Assembly: GCA_964270895.1 (NCBI GenBank)
Contig: OZ185443.1
DNA length: 64,000 nucleotides
Origin: Podarcis filfolensis
Lineage: Eukaryota
Direction: 5' to 3' (one strand)
In this document: positions 62,216-64,000 of the stretch, piece after piece
How positions within the stretch are numbered: position 1 is the first letter of the stretch
How the letters are laid out: every line of letters begins with the position of its first letter
Position numbers and translations under genes: made by a program
Notes under the pieces: generated by a model
The model's input: the letters and a program-made list of their open reading frames with translations, nothing else
Databases searched by the model: none
What the model was told of the DNA's origin: nothing

Positions 62216-63330
62216 AATGTAGCCTACTGTACAAAGGTAAGAGTCACATTGGTTGGTCTGGGCCTACCCACAAGGGAATACATTCCTTGGGTTGAAAAAG
62301 ATTCCCCACTCCTGATGTAAACTAGCTGGAAGTTTCACCTGAATGGAAGGAGATCTGTCAGTAGGCCTAGCCTAGCTGTCACCCGTGACAGAACTATGCA
62401 AAATATTTTCTGCACTGGTGCACACTGCAGTCACTGTGTGGCAGTGTGTCCCATTGCACAACATGAGGAGAAACAAGAAGTGCCACCCCACTCTGTTGTT
62501 ATTGGGCTGCCCCTGCCAAAGCATCCCTTACCTAGGTTGCAAGCTGGCAGCACAAAGTGGTGGTGGTGAGGTTCTGGCAAGATCTCACCAAAAATTCAAC
62601 AAGATCTCGTGCTCTCCACAAGATGTCGCAGGAAATCACCACTTCTGTGGCAGCAGAGGTGACAGGATGGGTAGAGCGTTCATGAGGGTGCTGTTTTGGA
62701 GGCTACCACTGCCTGCAGTGACTGCTTCATCTTGCCTCAGGGGAGGGTTGGCCCTACTATGTAAGAAGCTCACAGGCCACAATGGTAATTTCCAGAAAAC
62801 TGGGAAGCAGAGGGTATTAAATTCCCCTGGTAACCTGTCCATATTCTACAAGGTAGTTTCTCATGTAGTGACAGATGTATCATGACGACTATGCGGGGAA
62901 CTGGCAATTGTGCAGTCACTCAGCTACTGCCATCATTTCCCAAATAACTTTTCACAAGATCAAGACGAGTTGCTTCTGAGCATTGCTAAGTCTAAAGTGT
63001 GGAGCTTGGAATCTCTGATGCTTAAGATATTTGGAGGCAACATGCTTCCTGAGTAATTTATTTTGAAAATAGGTAATTAAATATCCCACCCATCCACTGT
63101 CAAAACAGCGCTCAGGGTAGCTCACATCATTCTGGAATGAATAAGAATAAGAATATTCTGTACAAAAGTTTAGCAACAATAAAAACTGAGGCAACTGCAG
63201 CCAACAAAACCAGCTGAAAAGCAACAGGGTGAAAAATGAAACAATGAAGCCAAGGTATGGTTTAAATCAAGACAGGTCAACTTGAAACTTCTTACAGTAA
63301 ATTCCAAAAAATGTAGTAGGTGTTCTATAG

Positions 63331-63460
63331 CAGGCTTCCTCAACCTCGGCCCTCCAGATGTTTTTGCCCTACAACTCTCATGATCCCTAGCTAGCAGGCC
63401 CAGTGGTCAGGGATGAGGGTAATTGTAGTCTCAAAACATCTGGAGGGCCGAGGAAGCCTG
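63331..63460. mobile_element. Palindromic hAT MITE
   Basis: CAGGCTTCCTC...GAGGAAGCCTG; perfect TSD TTCTATAG. Confidence 0.9.
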
Positions 63461-64000
63461 TTCTATAGGCGGCATACATTGGAGGAGAAATAGAAATAAC
63501 ACTTATGCATTATTCAGGCAGTTTTTATGTACTCTAGTGCTTAGATCCTGTACAATGAAGGAACTAAAGCGAGAAGAGGAATATTATGAATTTGTTAAGT
63601 GGCATGACAAATGCCAAACGTTTATCTAAAAAAGCTTATGTTGGATAAACTTGTTACAAACAAAGTGGCCAAAATTGCAGACCTTGCAGAGAGACAAAGA
63701 AACAAATTTATTGACACAAATGTAATTTATTCTTAAAAGCATTGGCTCAAACAGAAGCTGTATCACTGTAAATGATAAGTGTAGAAAGGCCTCTGTCCCA
63801 ATACTCTAGCCATTTTTACTGATTGTTAAAACAAAACAAAAAATTGTTGTTTTTTGCAGTTACTATTTGAGTTAAAGAAGTTTGCTATGTTAGTCTGTTG
63901 TAGCAGGGGCAGGAGGGTGGGGTGGACTCAGCAAGTCCTGAGGCACTTTAAACCAATGGCAATTTTAGGGAATAAATGTTTGTGGTCTAGAATCCACTGC

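Noticed and set aside
35394-64000. Additional FAT4 exons or the gene start in the upstream region
   Set aside because: I saw no cadherin motifs in any frame; the region behaves as one long intron.

Overview
Vertebrate genomic DNA, most likely from a squamate (lacertid-like lizard, inferred from the Sauria SINE, BovB and MITE content). The window holds the middle of the protocadherin gene FAT4 on the minus strand. There are eight coding exons between 35393 and 1971 (132, 262, 351, 923, 175, 181, 251 and 4350 nt). All have GT-AG boundaries with consistent phases and encode roughly the end of cadherin repeat 16 through repeat 34, plus the first EGF-like repeats. Positions 35394-64000 are part of one long upstream intron and 1-1970 are the downstream intron; neither gene end is in the window. 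The introns are dense with transposons: Tigger/pogo-like TA-flanked MITEs, hAT MITEs with 8-bp target-site duplications (TSDs), SINEs, BovB, CR1 and L2 fragments, and a decayed Penelope element with hammerhead-ribozyme relics. The most notable observations are (1) an apparently full-length 2.1-kb L1-like non-autonomous retroelement with a CpG-rich 5' end, one 206-aa coiled-coil ORF, no RT, an A tail and a ~17-bp TSD, and (2) three in-frame tandem splice acceptors 6 nt apart that could trim a cadherin-repeat core strand. All calls are by eye; no database search was run.
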